Of a DNA stretch of 64,000 bases, positions 17,718 through 29,777 are shown piece after piece. The stretch lies in the NCBI RefSeq assembly GCF_009914755.1, contig NC_060928.1. One strand, written 5' to 3'. Numbering within the stretch: position 1 is the stretch's first letter; each line of letters opens with the position of its first letter. A model generated the notes under the pieces. It saw only the letters and a program-made list of their open reading frames with translations, had not been told where the DNA came from and searched no databases. The translations under genes and the position numbers were made by a program. The stretch comes from the human T2T-CHM13v2.0 reference genome, Homo sapiens.

Positions 17718-19262
17718 GCTCTCCCTCCCCCTCCCCCTCCCCCTCCCCCTCCCCCTCCCCCTTCCCCTCCCCCTCTCCCTCTCCCGCTTTCCACGGTCTC
17801 CCTCTGTTGCCAAGGCTGGACTGTACTGCCACGATCTCGGCTCACTGCAACCTCCCTGCCTGATTCTCCTGCCTCAGCCTGCTGAGTGCCTGGGATTGCA
17901 GGCGCGCACCACCCTGCCTGACTGGTTTTTGCACTTTTTGGTGGAGATGGGGTTTTGCCGTGCTGGCGGAGCTGGTCTCCAGCTCCTGACCTCGAGTGAT
18001 CTGCCCGCCTCGGCCTCCCGAGGTGCTGGGATTGCAGATGGAGTCTCCCTCACTCAGTGCTCAATGTTGCCCAGGCTGGAGTGCAGTGGCATGATCTCGC
18101 TCGCTACAACCCCCACCTCCCAGCCGCCTGCCTTGGCCTCCCAGAGTGCTGAGATTGCAGCCTCTGCCCGGCCGCCACCCGGTCTAGGAAGTGAGGAGCA
18201 TCTCTGCCTGGCCGCCCATCGTCTGGGATGTGAGGAGCCCCTCTGTCCAGCCGCCCAGTCTGGGAAGTCAGGAGCACCTCTTCCCGGCCGTCATCCCGTG
18301 TGGGAAGTGAGGAGCGTCTCTGCCTAGCCACCCATCGTCTGGGATGTGGGGAGCACCTCTGCCTGGCCGCCCCATCTGGGAGGTGAGGAGCATCTCTACC
18401 CCGCCGCCACCCCGTCTGGGAGGTGAGGAGCGCCTGCCGCCACCCCATCTGGGAAGTGAGGAGCGCCTCTGCCCGGCTGCGACCCCATCTGGGAACTGAG
18501 GAGCGCCTCTGCCCGGCCGCCCTGTCTGAGAAGTGAGGAGCCCCTCCGCCCGGCAGCCGCCCCGTCTGGGAGGTGGGGGGCGCCCCCGCCTGGCAGCCAC
18601 CCCGTCTGGGAGGTGGGGGGCGCCTCTGCCCGGCCGCCCCGTCTGGGGGGTGGGGGGGCCCCTCTGCCCCGCCGCAACGTCTGGGAAGTGAGGAGCCCCT
18701 CTGCCCGGCCGCCACCCTGTCTGGGAGGTGTACCCAACAGCTCATTGAGAACAGTCCATGATGACAATGGCGGTTTTGTCGCATAGAAAAGGGGGAAATG
18801 TGGGGAAAAGAAAGAGAGATCAGATTGTTACTGTGTCTGTGTAGAAAGAAGTAGTCGTAGGAGACTCCATTTTGTTCTGTACTAAGAAAAATTCTTCTGC
18901 CTTGGGATGCTGTTAATCTATAACCTTACCCCCAACCTCGTGCTCTCTGAAACATGTGCTGTGTCAGCTCAGGGTTAAATGGATTAAGGGCGGTGCAAGA
19001 TGTGCTTTGTTAAACAGATGCTTGAAGGCAGCATGCTCCTTAAGAGTCATCACCACTTCCTAATCTCAAGTACCCAGGGACACAAACACTGCAGAAGGCC
19101 GCAGAGTCCTCTGCCTAGGAAAACCAGAGACCTTTGTTCACATGTTTATCTGCTGACCTCCTCTCCACTATTGTCCTATGACCCTGCCAAATCCCCCTGT
19201 CTGAGAAACACCCAAGAATGATCAATAAATACTAAAAAATAAAAAAATAAAAATAAAAAAAA
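17718..19262 (+). mobile_element. Full-length SVA retrotransposon (SVA_B-like)
   Basis: Hexamer head 17719-17785, antisense Alu-like ~17790-18165, VNTR ~18165-18730, SINE-R ~18730-19233, AATAAA 19224-19229, A tail 19234-19262. SINE-R has older-subfamily features (gatgctgttaatctataacc; agagagatcagattgttactg). Confidence 0.97.
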
Positions 19263-19370
19263 GAATTGTTAAAGAATATGATAGTCCTTAATATTTTGTA
19301 TATATGGAATAAATTTTCTTTAATTTTATAAATGTATTAAAGGTTTTATATTTCCGTAAAAAAAAAAAAA
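19263..19370 (+). other. Candidate SVA 3' transduction with second poly(A)
   Basis: 95 bp of non-SVA, non-L1 sequence with ATTAAA at 19336-19341 and A13 at 19358-19370, lying inside the TSD pair aagaaaaaaca (17707-17717) / aagaaagaaca (19369-19379). Confidence 0.82.
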
Positions 19371-20252
19371 GAAAGAACAAAGAACCCCAGTAAGAAGTGG
19401 GCAAAGGACATGAGCAGACACTTCTCAAAGTAAGACATACATGCAGTCTGCAAACATAAAAGAAAAGCTCAACATTGCTGATCATTAGAGAAATGCAAAT
19501 CAAAACCTCAGTGAGATACCATCACATGCCAGTCAGAATGGATATTATTAAAATGTCAAAAAATAATCGATGCTGGTGAGGTTGCATAGAAAAATGAGCA
19601 CTTTTACATTGTTGGTGTAAGTGTAAATTAGTTCAACCATTGTGGAAGACAGTGTGGTAATTCCTCAAAGACCTAGAGGCAGAAATACCATTTGCCCCAG
19701 CAATTCCATTACTGGGTATAAACCCAAAGGTATATAAATTGCTCCATTATAAGAACACATGGATGTGTATGTTCATTGCAGCACTATTCAAAGTAGCAAA
19801 GACATGGAGTTAAGCTAAATGCCCATCAATGATAGACTGGATGAAGAAAATGTGGTACATATATACCATGGAATATTAAGCAACCATGAAAAGGAATGAG
19901 ATCATGCCCTTTGCAGGGATATGGGTGGAGCTGGAAACCTTTGTCTTCAGCAGACTAAATCCAGAAAAGAAAAGCAAATACCACATGTTCTCACTTACAA
20001 GTAGGAGCTGAATGATGAGAACATATGGACACATGGTGGGGGAACATCACACACTGTGGCCTGTTGGAGGGTCCGGTGGGGGAGGAGGGAGAGTGTGAGG
20101 AAGAATAGCTAATGAATGCTGAGCTTATTATTTAGGTGCTGAGATAATCTGTGCAGCAAACCATTATGGCACACATTTACGTATGTAACAAACTTGCAAA
20201 TTCTGCAAATGTTCCCCTAACCTTAAAATAAGACTTGGAAATCAAAAATTTA

Positions 20253-20284
<32 letters not shown>

Positions 20285-20574
20285 GACCGGGTGCGGTGGC
20301 TCATGCCTGTAATCCCAGCACTTTGGGAGGCCGAGGTGGGCGGATCACGAGGTCAGGAGATCCAGACTGTCCTGGCCGACATGGTGAAACCCTTCTCTAC
20401 CAAAAATACAAAAATTAGCTGGGCATGGTGGCGTGTGCCTGTAGTCCCAGCTACTCGGGAAGCTGAGGCAGGAGAATAGCTTGAACCAGGCATTCAGAGG
20501 TTTCAGTGAGCCGAGATTATGCCACCGCACTCCAGCCTGGCTGCAGAGTGAGACTCGGTCTCAAAAAAAAAAAA
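20285..20574 (+). mobile_element. AluSc-like
   Basis: ggatcacgaggtcaggagatc...ctggccgacatggtg; dimer with A tail, directly after the L1 tail. Confidence 0.93.
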
Positions 20575-20589
20575 CAAAATCTTCCATTA

Positions 20590-21087
20590 GGTGTTCCACC
20601 AGAAGCTTACAGAGGCAGTGACACAGAACACATTATATAGAGTTAGCTTTGGCAGAAACTTGCAACCATGTATCAAAAATGTAAATCTCAGTAAAGTTTT
20701 GGACAGTGGGGAAAACAAACAAACAAAAAAGGAACCTGACATCTGCTGCTGAAGGCTCTGCCACCTCAGATACTTTTCCTTGCAAGTCCAAAGGAACAAC
20801 CAGCGCAGTCCAGGAATCCTTCAGTCTTCTTAGCTCTTCCTGGACTAGTTCATTAATCTTTTTTCCTATGTCTTTTTCTTCTTGATGTTGAATGTTACTT
20901 TGTTTGTAGTGAAATGTTTAAACTAAAAGATTTATACATTGATTAAGTGCACTATTATGTATGGTTTACAATATTGACTGACTTGTGGAGTGGCTTGAGC
21001 CTGTGTGCCCAGGGCTTTGACTCCATGTAGCTTGTGGATCAGAATAGCATTAATAAAAGCCTGACATTGTGGAAAGACAAAAAAAAA
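20590..21087 (+). mobile_element. LTR-derived segment (ERVL-class, tentatively LTR47-like) ending in an A tail
   Basis: Recalled LTR motif attgactgacttgtggagtggcttgagcctgtgtgccc; AATAAA 21052-21057; A9 at 21079-21087. Family assignment and 5' boundary are uncertain. Confidence 0.55.
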
Positions 21088-21833
21088 CATAAAATCCTCA
21101 TTCAATAAACTAAGTATACACAACAGTAATATAGGAGTTCCTAGCAAAGATAAAATTATTTTTTCAAGGTCTAACATTATTTCATGTATCATATTCCTTA
21201 CTGGTGTCTTTCCTACATTACATATTTAACTTGAGAAACACTCTGGTACAATGGAAAAAGAATTAAACTAAGAATCTACAGCCTTATACTCACTCTGAAT
21301 TCCACTGCCCTCCTGTTCTTAGTGACTATATTAGTAAAACAAAAAGGGAGGGATTAACAACATCCACAATGCATATTTACACACAAGTGCACTAATACTA
21401 TAAAATCATCTTCAGTGTTAAGATCTTATTAATATAATCACAGACATGTTAGAAATCTAGAACCATAGACATTTCAAAATGCTTCACTCTATTGACATTA
21501 AGTGTATACTAAAAAGTCCATTCTCATTATTAACATCCATCTTTAGAGCAGAATATAACTCAACAAGACTATGAGTATTTAGAACGTTTTGAATGAATGT
21601 TTGTCATTTATTATTGCACAAGTTTCTTTACATTTGTCATCACATGATTGGTTTAAATATTTGGTATGTGTGAAATGCTATGTATTCATGGGGATATTTT
21701 AGCTTTTGTGGTGTGAAAAACTCAAATATGTTAATTCTTCTAAAAGTAAGGTGCTCTTTTGTTCCTTAGTAAATGATAACTTACTGAAAAAAAACAAATT
21801 AAATTTAGATTTTGTGACTCTAAAGTAGCTTTT

Positions 21834-23118
21834 GGAATGACAGTAATTTCTGTACACTGATTTTGTATCCTACAACTTTGCTGATGTTGTCTATCAGCTG
21901 AAGAAGCTTTTGGGCTGAGACTATGGGGTTTTCTAGATATAGATTCATGTTGTATGCAGAGATAATTTGACTTTCTCTCTTCCTATTTGGATGCCTTTTA
22001 TTTCTTTCTCTTGCCTAATTGTTCTGGCTAGGACTTTCAATACTATGTTGAATAGAAGTGGTGAGAGAGGGCATCATTTTCTTGTGCCAGTTTTCATAGA
22101 GAATGTTTCCAGTTTTTGTCCATTCCCCATCAACAAAGTAAATAGACAACCTACAGAATGGGAGAAAATATTTGCAAACTATGCATCTGACAAAGGTCCA
22201 ATATCCAGCCATTATAATGAATTTAAACAAATTTACAAGAGAAAAGCAAGCCACACCATATAAAAGTGGGCAAATAACATGAACAGACACTTCTCAAAAG
22301 ACATACATGTGGCCAACAAATATGTACAAAAATACTCAATGTTACTGATCACTAGATAAATGCAAATCAAAACAACAACGAGATACCATCTTAGATCTTA
22401 TGCCAGTCAGGATGGCTATTATTATAGTAAAAAAAAAAACAAAACAAACAGTTGTGGAGAAAAAGGAATGATTTAACACTGTTGGTGGAAGTGTAGATTA
22501 GTTCAACCATTGTAGAAGATAGTGCGGCCATTCCTCAAAAACCTAGAAACAGAAATACCATTTGACCGAGGAAACTCATTACTGGGTATATACCCAAAGG
22601 AATATAAATCATTCCATTATAAAGACACATGACAACTATTTATATTCTAGTGCATTTGTATGTTCACTGCAGCACTATTTACAATAACAAAGGCATGGAA
22701 TCAACCTAAACGACCATCCATTAAAGACTGAATAAAGAAAATGTGGTACTTACACACCATGGAATATTATGCCGCCATAAGAAAGAATGAGATCATGTCT
22801 TCTGCAGGAACATGGGTAGAACTGGAGGCTATCATCCTTAGCAAACTAATATAGGAAAGAAAAACAAATACCACGTGTTCTCACTTATAAGTGGGAACTA
22901 AAAGATGAGAACTTAGGAACACAAAAAACAACTGACACTGGGGTCTATGTGAGTGGAGAGAGTGAGAATAGGGAGAAGAGAAGAAAATATAGCTATTGGG
23001 TACTGAGTTTCATACCTGGATGATGTAATATGTACAATAAACCCCTATGATACCTGTTTATCTATGTGACAAACCTTCACATGTGCCTCCAAACCTAAAA
23101 TAAATATTTTTTAAAAAA
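21834..23118 (+). mobile_element. L1PA14-like element with 5' inversion
   Basis: Antisense RT segment 21834-22125 fused to a sense 3' part 22127-23118; 3'UTR ends aaacctaaaataaa; candidate TSD aaagtagcttt/aaattagcttt. Confidence 0.88.
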
Positions 23119-23523
23119 CTTTAAAAATTAGCTTTAATAGTTTAAAATATCTGAGGTCTATTTTAACGTTCTATACATTTGAATAAAAGAGAGCCAAAGA
23201 AAGTAATCAAAATTTATGTTTACCATTCTTCCCTCATTGTCTATTTGTTAACAATATAATAATTAGAATTGGGGTTTTTGTCTGTTTCCTTTTTGGTTTG
23301 CTTTTGTCACCTTATGAATTCGATCAGTAAATTAGAAAAGCATCTTACGTTTGGAACACTGAGCAATAACAACTACTTATATTTCAGTGTTTTTAAGCAA
23401 CTGGATACTCAGATAATCATTTGACACTTAGTAGGTAATTGTCTTATTGTTCCTACATCTGCTGTTTCCTCTTACACTATATCCTTTGTAAAACTATGAT
23501 TTCTTTTTTATGCCGTGTAGAAT

Positions 23524-25582
23524 ATTTTCTTTTTATTATACTTTAAGTTCTGGGATACTTGTGCAGAACATGCAGTTGTGTTACACAGGTATACACGTGT
23601 CATGGTGATTTGCTGCACCAGCCAACTCGTCACCTACATTAGGTATTTCTTCTAATACCATCCCTCCCCTAACCCTCTACCCCACAACAGGCCCCAGTGT
23701 GCAATGTTCCCCTCCCTGTGTCCATGTGTTCTCATTGTTCAACTCCCACTTATGAGTGAGAACATGCAGTGTTTCGTTTTCTGTTCCTTTGTTAGTTTGC
23801 TGAGAATGATAGTCCCTGCAAAGGACATGAACTCATCCTTTTTTATGGCTGCATAGTATTCCATAGTGTATATGTGCAGCATTTTCTTTATCCAGTCTAC
23901 CATCGATGGACATTTGGGTTGGTTCCACGCCATTGCTATTGTGAACAGTGCTGCAATAAACATATGTGTGCATGTGTCTTTATAGTAGAATGATTTATAA
24001 TCTTTTGGGTATATAGCTAGTAATGGGATTGCTGGGTCAAATGGTATTTCTGGTTCTAGATCCTTGAGGAATCGCCACACTGTCTTCCACAATGGTTGAA
24101 CTAATTTACACTTCCACCAACAGTGTAAAAGCGTGCCTATTTCTTCACATTCTCTCCAGCATTTGTTGTTTCTTGACTTTTTAATGATCACCATTCTAAC
24201 CGGCATGAGATGGTATCTCATCGTAGTTTTGATTTGCATTCCTCTAATGATGCGTAATGACGAGCCTTTTTTCATATGTTTATTGGCCACATAAATATCT
24301 TCTTTTGAGAAGTGTCTGTTTATATCCTTCGTCCACTTTTTGATGGGGTTTTTTTCTTGTAAATTTTTTTAAGTTCTTTGTAGATTCTGGACAGTAGCTC
24401 TTTGTCAGATGGATAGATTACAAACATCTTCTTTCATTCTGTAGGTTCCCTGTTCACTCTGATGATAGCTTTTGTTTTTGTTTTTGTTTTTTTTCTGTGC
24501 AGAAGCTCTTTAGTTTAATTAGATCCCATTTATCAATTTTGGCTCTTGTTGCCCTTGCTTTGGTGTTTTAGTCATGTGTCTTTGCCCATGCCTGTGTCCT
24601 GAATGGTATTACCTAGGTTTTCTTCTAGGGTTTTTATGGTTTTAGGTCTATGTTTAAGTCTTTAGTCCATTTTTTAGTTAATTTTTGTATAAGGTGTAAG
24701 GAAGTGGTCCAGTTTCAGTTTTCAGCATATGACTAGCCAGTTTTCCCAACACCATTTATTAAATAGGGAATCCTTTCCCCATTTCTTGCTTTTGTTGGTT
24801 TTGTCAAAGATCAGATGGTTGTAGATGTGTGGTGTTATTTCTGCAGCCTCTGTTCTGTTACATTGGTCTATATATCTCTTTTGGTACCAGTAGCATGCTG
24901 TTTTGATTACTGTAGACTTGTAGCATAGTTTGAAGTCAGGTAGCATTATGTCTCCAACTTTGTTCTTTTTGCTTAGGATTGCCTTGGCTATACAGGCTCT
25001 TTTTTGGTTCCATATGAAATTTAAAGTAGTTTTTTCTAATTCTGTGAAGAAAGCCAATGGTAGCTTGATAGGGATAGCATTGAATCTATAAATTACTTTG
25101 GGTAGTATGACCATTTTTATGATATTGATTCTTTCTATCCATAAGCATGAAATGTTTTTCTATTTGTTTGTGTCCTCTCTTATTTCGTTGAGCAGTAGTT
25201 TGTAGTTCTCCATGAAGAGGTCCTTCGTATGCCTTGTAAATTATATTCCTAGTTATTTTATTCTCTTTGTAGCAATTGTGAATGGAAGTTCACTCATGAT
25301 TTGGATATCTGTCTATTATTGGTGTATAGAAATGCTTGTGATATTTTCACATTTATTCTGTATCTCGAGACTTTGCTGAAGTTTCTTATCAGCTTAAGGA
25401 GATTTTTGGGCTGAGACGATGGGGTTTTCTAAATTTACAATTCTATAATCTGCAAACAGAGACAATTTGACTTCCTCCTTTAATATTTGAATACCCTTTA
25501 TTTCTTTCTCTTGCCTGATTGCCCTGGCCAGAACTTCCAATACTATGTTGAATAGGATTAGTGAGACAGGGCAGCCTTTCTT
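23524..25582 (-). mobile_element. 5'-truncated L1PA7/8-like
   Basis: ORFs 23739..24290 and 24722..25114 are the L1 ORF2 C-terminus; 3' end reads ttattatactttaagttctgggatac. Confidence 0.95.
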
Positions 25583-26403
25583 ACCGTAGAAGCCACAATC
25601 TTCAAATTTCTATCAAAAAATAATCTTGAAAATATGTGATTTCTACCCATGGTTTTCTGAATTGTTCACTTTTTCCCCTTAGACTTCCTGATCTATTTCA
25701 CTTGTTTACTCAATGAAAATGTAGTATGTTTGAATGGTTCTCTCCCATGTTGGATGAAAAACTGCATGAGGATAGTCAGTGTGTCACATGTTTCCCAAAG
25801 TTCAATACATTGTTCTAGGAAACAGTAAATATGAAAACGAATTGAGTCACTCTTAGCAATTTTAACTTTGCATTAGCTTGTTTGACAGTCTTATTAAATT
25901 ATAGACAAATCAAATTTGCAGATAATTTTTCCAAATAAAGTTAAGCCTATTCTTTGATCTTCTCTTTATAAAATATTTATATTTATGTCTATTTTTACTC
26001 AATTTTGCCACTCAAGATATTTTTTTGTTAAACATATTCGTTTCCCAACTAACTTTGAGCCAAATAGGAATTCAATAAGTAAGCTTTATCTATCTGAAAT
26101 AGATGGACATCTATTCAATGCTTCTTGGATTGAATGTTCTAGAGTGCTTGAAGTATCAATGTCCTAGTCTCCACCTTTAAATGTAATGGTTTTCAGGTTT
26201 CTTATTTAGGGTTAGAAGTGACCATTAGCAAAGGTCACTTATAATAGGACAAAAAAATTGTTCTCATAGGATTCAAGAGCCCTGTATTCTTTCTAGATAC
26301 CTTTTATTCTAAAGATCCACTCTTTCACCAGTCTCATGAACTAGACTTAAGGAAACTTACCATATGATTTTTTGTTATTTCTTCTAACCCCAAACATCCC
26401 CCC

Positions 26404-26404
<1 letters not shown>

Positions 26405-26439
<35 letters not shown>
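26405..26439. repeat. (CA)n microsatellite
   Basis: About 17 uninterrupted AC units. Confidence 0.95.
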
Positions 26440-26442
<3 letters not shown>

Positions 26443-26937
26443 GCACATGTATGTACAAGATATCGGGTTTTTGTGTTTTCCCTTCAATAAGAGTGCTTTA
26501 GCCTTCCATATTATCAGAAAATGTTTAATTATCCATTAAATTTGATCCCAAATCATTAGTAACACAAAATTGTCTCCTATAATCCTTAAGGATAAGAGGA
26601 CCATATTTTTGGCAAAAGATAGTATGTTAAAAAATCAAATGGAAATAATAGTGGACAACTTTAAAAGCAAATATATCAATAAAATAAATTGATTATAGAA
26701 GCATTGTTTAATACATTATGGGAATTTGGTTGATTTTAATACTGTGACAATTTGCAAAATATATTAAATGCAGTGTGTGAGTAAATGCTAATGTGTAAAG
26801 AGCACAATTAAAGCTTACTATAAAGACCACTATGTGCTCTTTGCCAATTTTGGAATTAATAAAAATGAACTGCTTTTTTATGTATGTGTGCATATAATGA
26901 ATTTTTAAAAGAGTATACAAATAACATGAAAAGTTGT

Positions 26938-27262
26938 TACCTGGATGGAACTAGAGGCAGTTATCCTTAGGAAAACTAACTCAGGAGCAGAAAGTCTAAT
27001 ACCAGAAGTTCTCACTTATAAATGGAAACTAAACTAAATGATGAGAACTCATGGTTACATAGCAGAGAACAACAGATACTAGGGCCTACTTGAGTGTAGA
27101 GGGTAGGAGGAGGAAAAGAATCAGAAAAAAAATAACTACTGAGTACAAGACTTAGAACCTGAGTGGTGAAATAACCTGGATAACAAACCTCCATGACACT
27201 AGTTTACCTATAAAACAAACCTGCATATGTACCCTTGAACATAAGATAAGACTTTTTAAAAA
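26938..27262 (+). mobile_element. L1PA15/16-like 3' end fragment
   Basis: ctggatggaactagaggc...ttctcacttataa...cctgcatatgtacccttgaac. Confidence 0.88.
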
Positions 27263-27338
27263 TTTCTTACTTTTGGGGAAAATGACTGGTTATATTTAAG
27301 ATAAGGAAACTCAAGTTTTCAACTTTTAATTTTCTATG

Positions 27339-27732
27339 TGTGCTGGGTTAAATTGTGGCCCACAAACAAACAAGCAGAAACCATATGTTCCCTAAAAGCT
27401 ATGAAGGTAACCTTACATATTTGGGGAAAAAAAAGTATTTGCACATGAAATTAAGTTAAAAATATTGAAATGGGATTATCTTAAATTAGGTTGGGCAATA
27501 AGTCCAATAATAAGTGAAGGGTACTTATAGGGCCTTTGGAGAAAGACATGTGAAGATGAAAAGTATTGAAGTGATTTATCTATAGGACAATGTTTGCCAA
27601 GGATTTCTGTCAGCCATCAGAACCTAGAAAACAGGCATGATATGGATTACCCCTAAGAGCTTCAAAAAAGAACCGGCCACCACCTTGATGTCAGACCTCT
27701 GGCTTCTATAACTTTGAGAAAGTAAATTTTAA
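27339..27732 (+). mobile_element. MaLR LTR (MLT1B/C-like), 3' truncated
   Basis: tttgcacatgaaattaagttaa; accttgatgtcagacctctggcttctataactttgaga. Confidence 0.75.
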
Positions 27733-28353
27733 GAAGACCAAAAATTACAATGTGATATTCATGCAAGATCAGGAACAAGGAGGCAAGAATAGACACTGTT
27801 CTGTTCAACACACTATGCGAAATACTAAACAGAGCAATTAGGAAAGAAAAAAGAAGTAAAAGGTCTCAATTGAAAAGGAGAAAGGGAAATTTGTTCTATT
27901 TGCGGTGAGGATGTGATCTGGTATAGATAAAACTCTAATAATTTCACCAAAAATTGTTCGAACTGACAAGCAACTTAAGTAAAGTTGCAGGATAAAAAAA
28001 TCAACATACAAAACTGAGTAGCTATGCCTTCCCAATGAACTATCTGAAAAGGAAATTAAAGAAACGTCCTTATTTGCAAAAGCATAAAAGTAATAAAATA
28101 CTTAGGAATAAAATTAACCAAGGAGTGCAAAGCGTTATACAGTAAAAACTGCAAAACATTAGTTAAAAAAGTGAGAGAAGACAGAAATAAGTGGAAAACA
28201 ACATGTGTTCATAGATTTAAAAATCTCATAAGTTAAAATATTCATACTACCCAAAGCAATCCAAATTTATTGCAATCTCCATCAAAATTGCAATGACATG
28301 TTTTCAGAAATTTAAAAAAAATTCAAAATTTTTATGGAACCATTAAGGATCAC

Positions 28354-28795
28354 TGTGATGATTAATACTGTGTGTCAACGTGATTAGATTGAAGGATGCA
28401 AAGTATTGTTTCTAGGTGTGACTGTGAGGATGTTGCCAAAGGATATTAACATTTGAGTCAGTGGACTGGGAAAGGCTGGCCCACCCTCAATCTGGGTAGA
28501 CACAATCTAATCAGCTGACATCGTGGAAGGAATAAATGCAGGCAGAAGTACATGGTTAGGTTGGCTTAGTCTCCTAACCTACATCTTTCTCCCATATTGG
28601 ATGCTTTCTGCCCTCGAACATTGGACTCCAAGTTCTTCAGCTTTGGGACTCAGACTGACTTCCTTGCTTCTCAGCTGGCAGAGAGCATATTGTGGGATCT
28701 TGTGATCATGTGAGTTAATAATTGTTAATAAACTTCCCTTTATATATACATCTATCATATTAGTCATGTCCCTGTAGAGAACACTGACTAATACA
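28354..28795 (+). mobile_element. HERVL solo LTR MLT2A1/A2
   Basis: Starts tgtgatgattaatactgtgtgtcaac and ends ctgactaataca; perfect TSD atcac (28349-28353, 28796-28800). Confidence 0.93.
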
Positions 28796-29282
28796 ATCAC
28801 CAAAATACTAAAACAATCTTGGAAAAAAGAAGAAGGCTGATGACATCACACTTCCAGATTTCAAAATATACTAAAATTACCATAATTAAAACAGTAGGGC
28901 ACTAGCATAAAGACAGACATATAGACCAATTAAACAAAACAGAGTCCAAAAATATATCCACACATATACTATCAACTGATTTTTAACATGAATACGAATA
29001 ATACACAATGGAGAAATAATAGTCTTTTAAGTAAATGGTGTTAAACTAGATATCTGCAGGCAAAAAGAATAAAATTGGACCCTTACCTTACACCGTAGAC
29101 ACAAATGAATTAAAAATGGATGAAATACTTAAACATAAGACCTGAAACTATGCAACTCTCAGAAAAAAACATAGGTAAAAAACTTTATGACACTGGCCTG
29201 GGCAGTGATTTCATAGATATGACAGAAAAAGCACAGGCAACAAAAGCAGAAGTAAGTTACACTACATCAAACTAAAATGCTT

Positions 29283-29777
29283 TGCTATGAACCGTTTATG
29301 TCCACCCAAAATTTATATTTTGAATTCCTAATCTGCAAGATAATGGTATTAGGATGTGGGGCCTTTGGGAGGTAATAAGGTCATAGGGACAAAACCTTCA
29401 TGAAAGGAATTAGTTCCCTTTCAAAAGAAACCCTGTAGGGATCCCACCACCCTTTGACCATGTGAGCACACAACAAAAATATGGCTTCCTGTGAATGAGA
29501 AAACAGGCCATCACCAAACATCAAATCTGCTGTTGCCTTTTTCTTGAAGTTTTCAGCCTCCAGTATTGTGAGAAACAAATTTCTCTTGACTACAAGCCAC
29601 CTGGTTTATGGTATATAAACCATATACATATATACACACACATATATATATACACACACGCACATACATACATATATATTATATATGTGTGTATACATAT
29701 GTATGTGTATATATATATAACATAAAGTATATATATATAATACAGTATATATATCTCAGCCAAAATGAATTAAGAAA
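29283..29777 (+). mobile_element. MaLR LTR (MLT1A-like) with an expanded TA/CA microsatellite
   Basis: tgctatg...ccacccaaaattta; gtattaggatgtggggcctttgggagg; simple repeat ~29610-29755. Confidence 0.85.

Larger units (their letters stand above)
16829..20280 (+). mobile_element. 5'-truncated L1PA (about PA10-13) interrupted by an SVA
   Basis: ORF 16918..17223 is L1 ORF2 ([14 protein letters not shown]...). L1 resumes at ~19371 and ends in a 3'UTR and poly(A) at 20255-20280. Confidence 0.93.

Noticed and set aside
18165-18730. Repeat array superficially like CRISPR (recurrent tctgggaagtgaggagc)
   Set aside because: Tandem SVA VNTR units without unique spacers; eukaryotic context; no cas genes.
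17521-18784. Long GC-rich ORFs (226, 143, 123, 110 aa)
   Set aside because: Stop-poor read-throughs of the SVA hexamer, Alu-like and VNTR regions, giving repetitive peptides.
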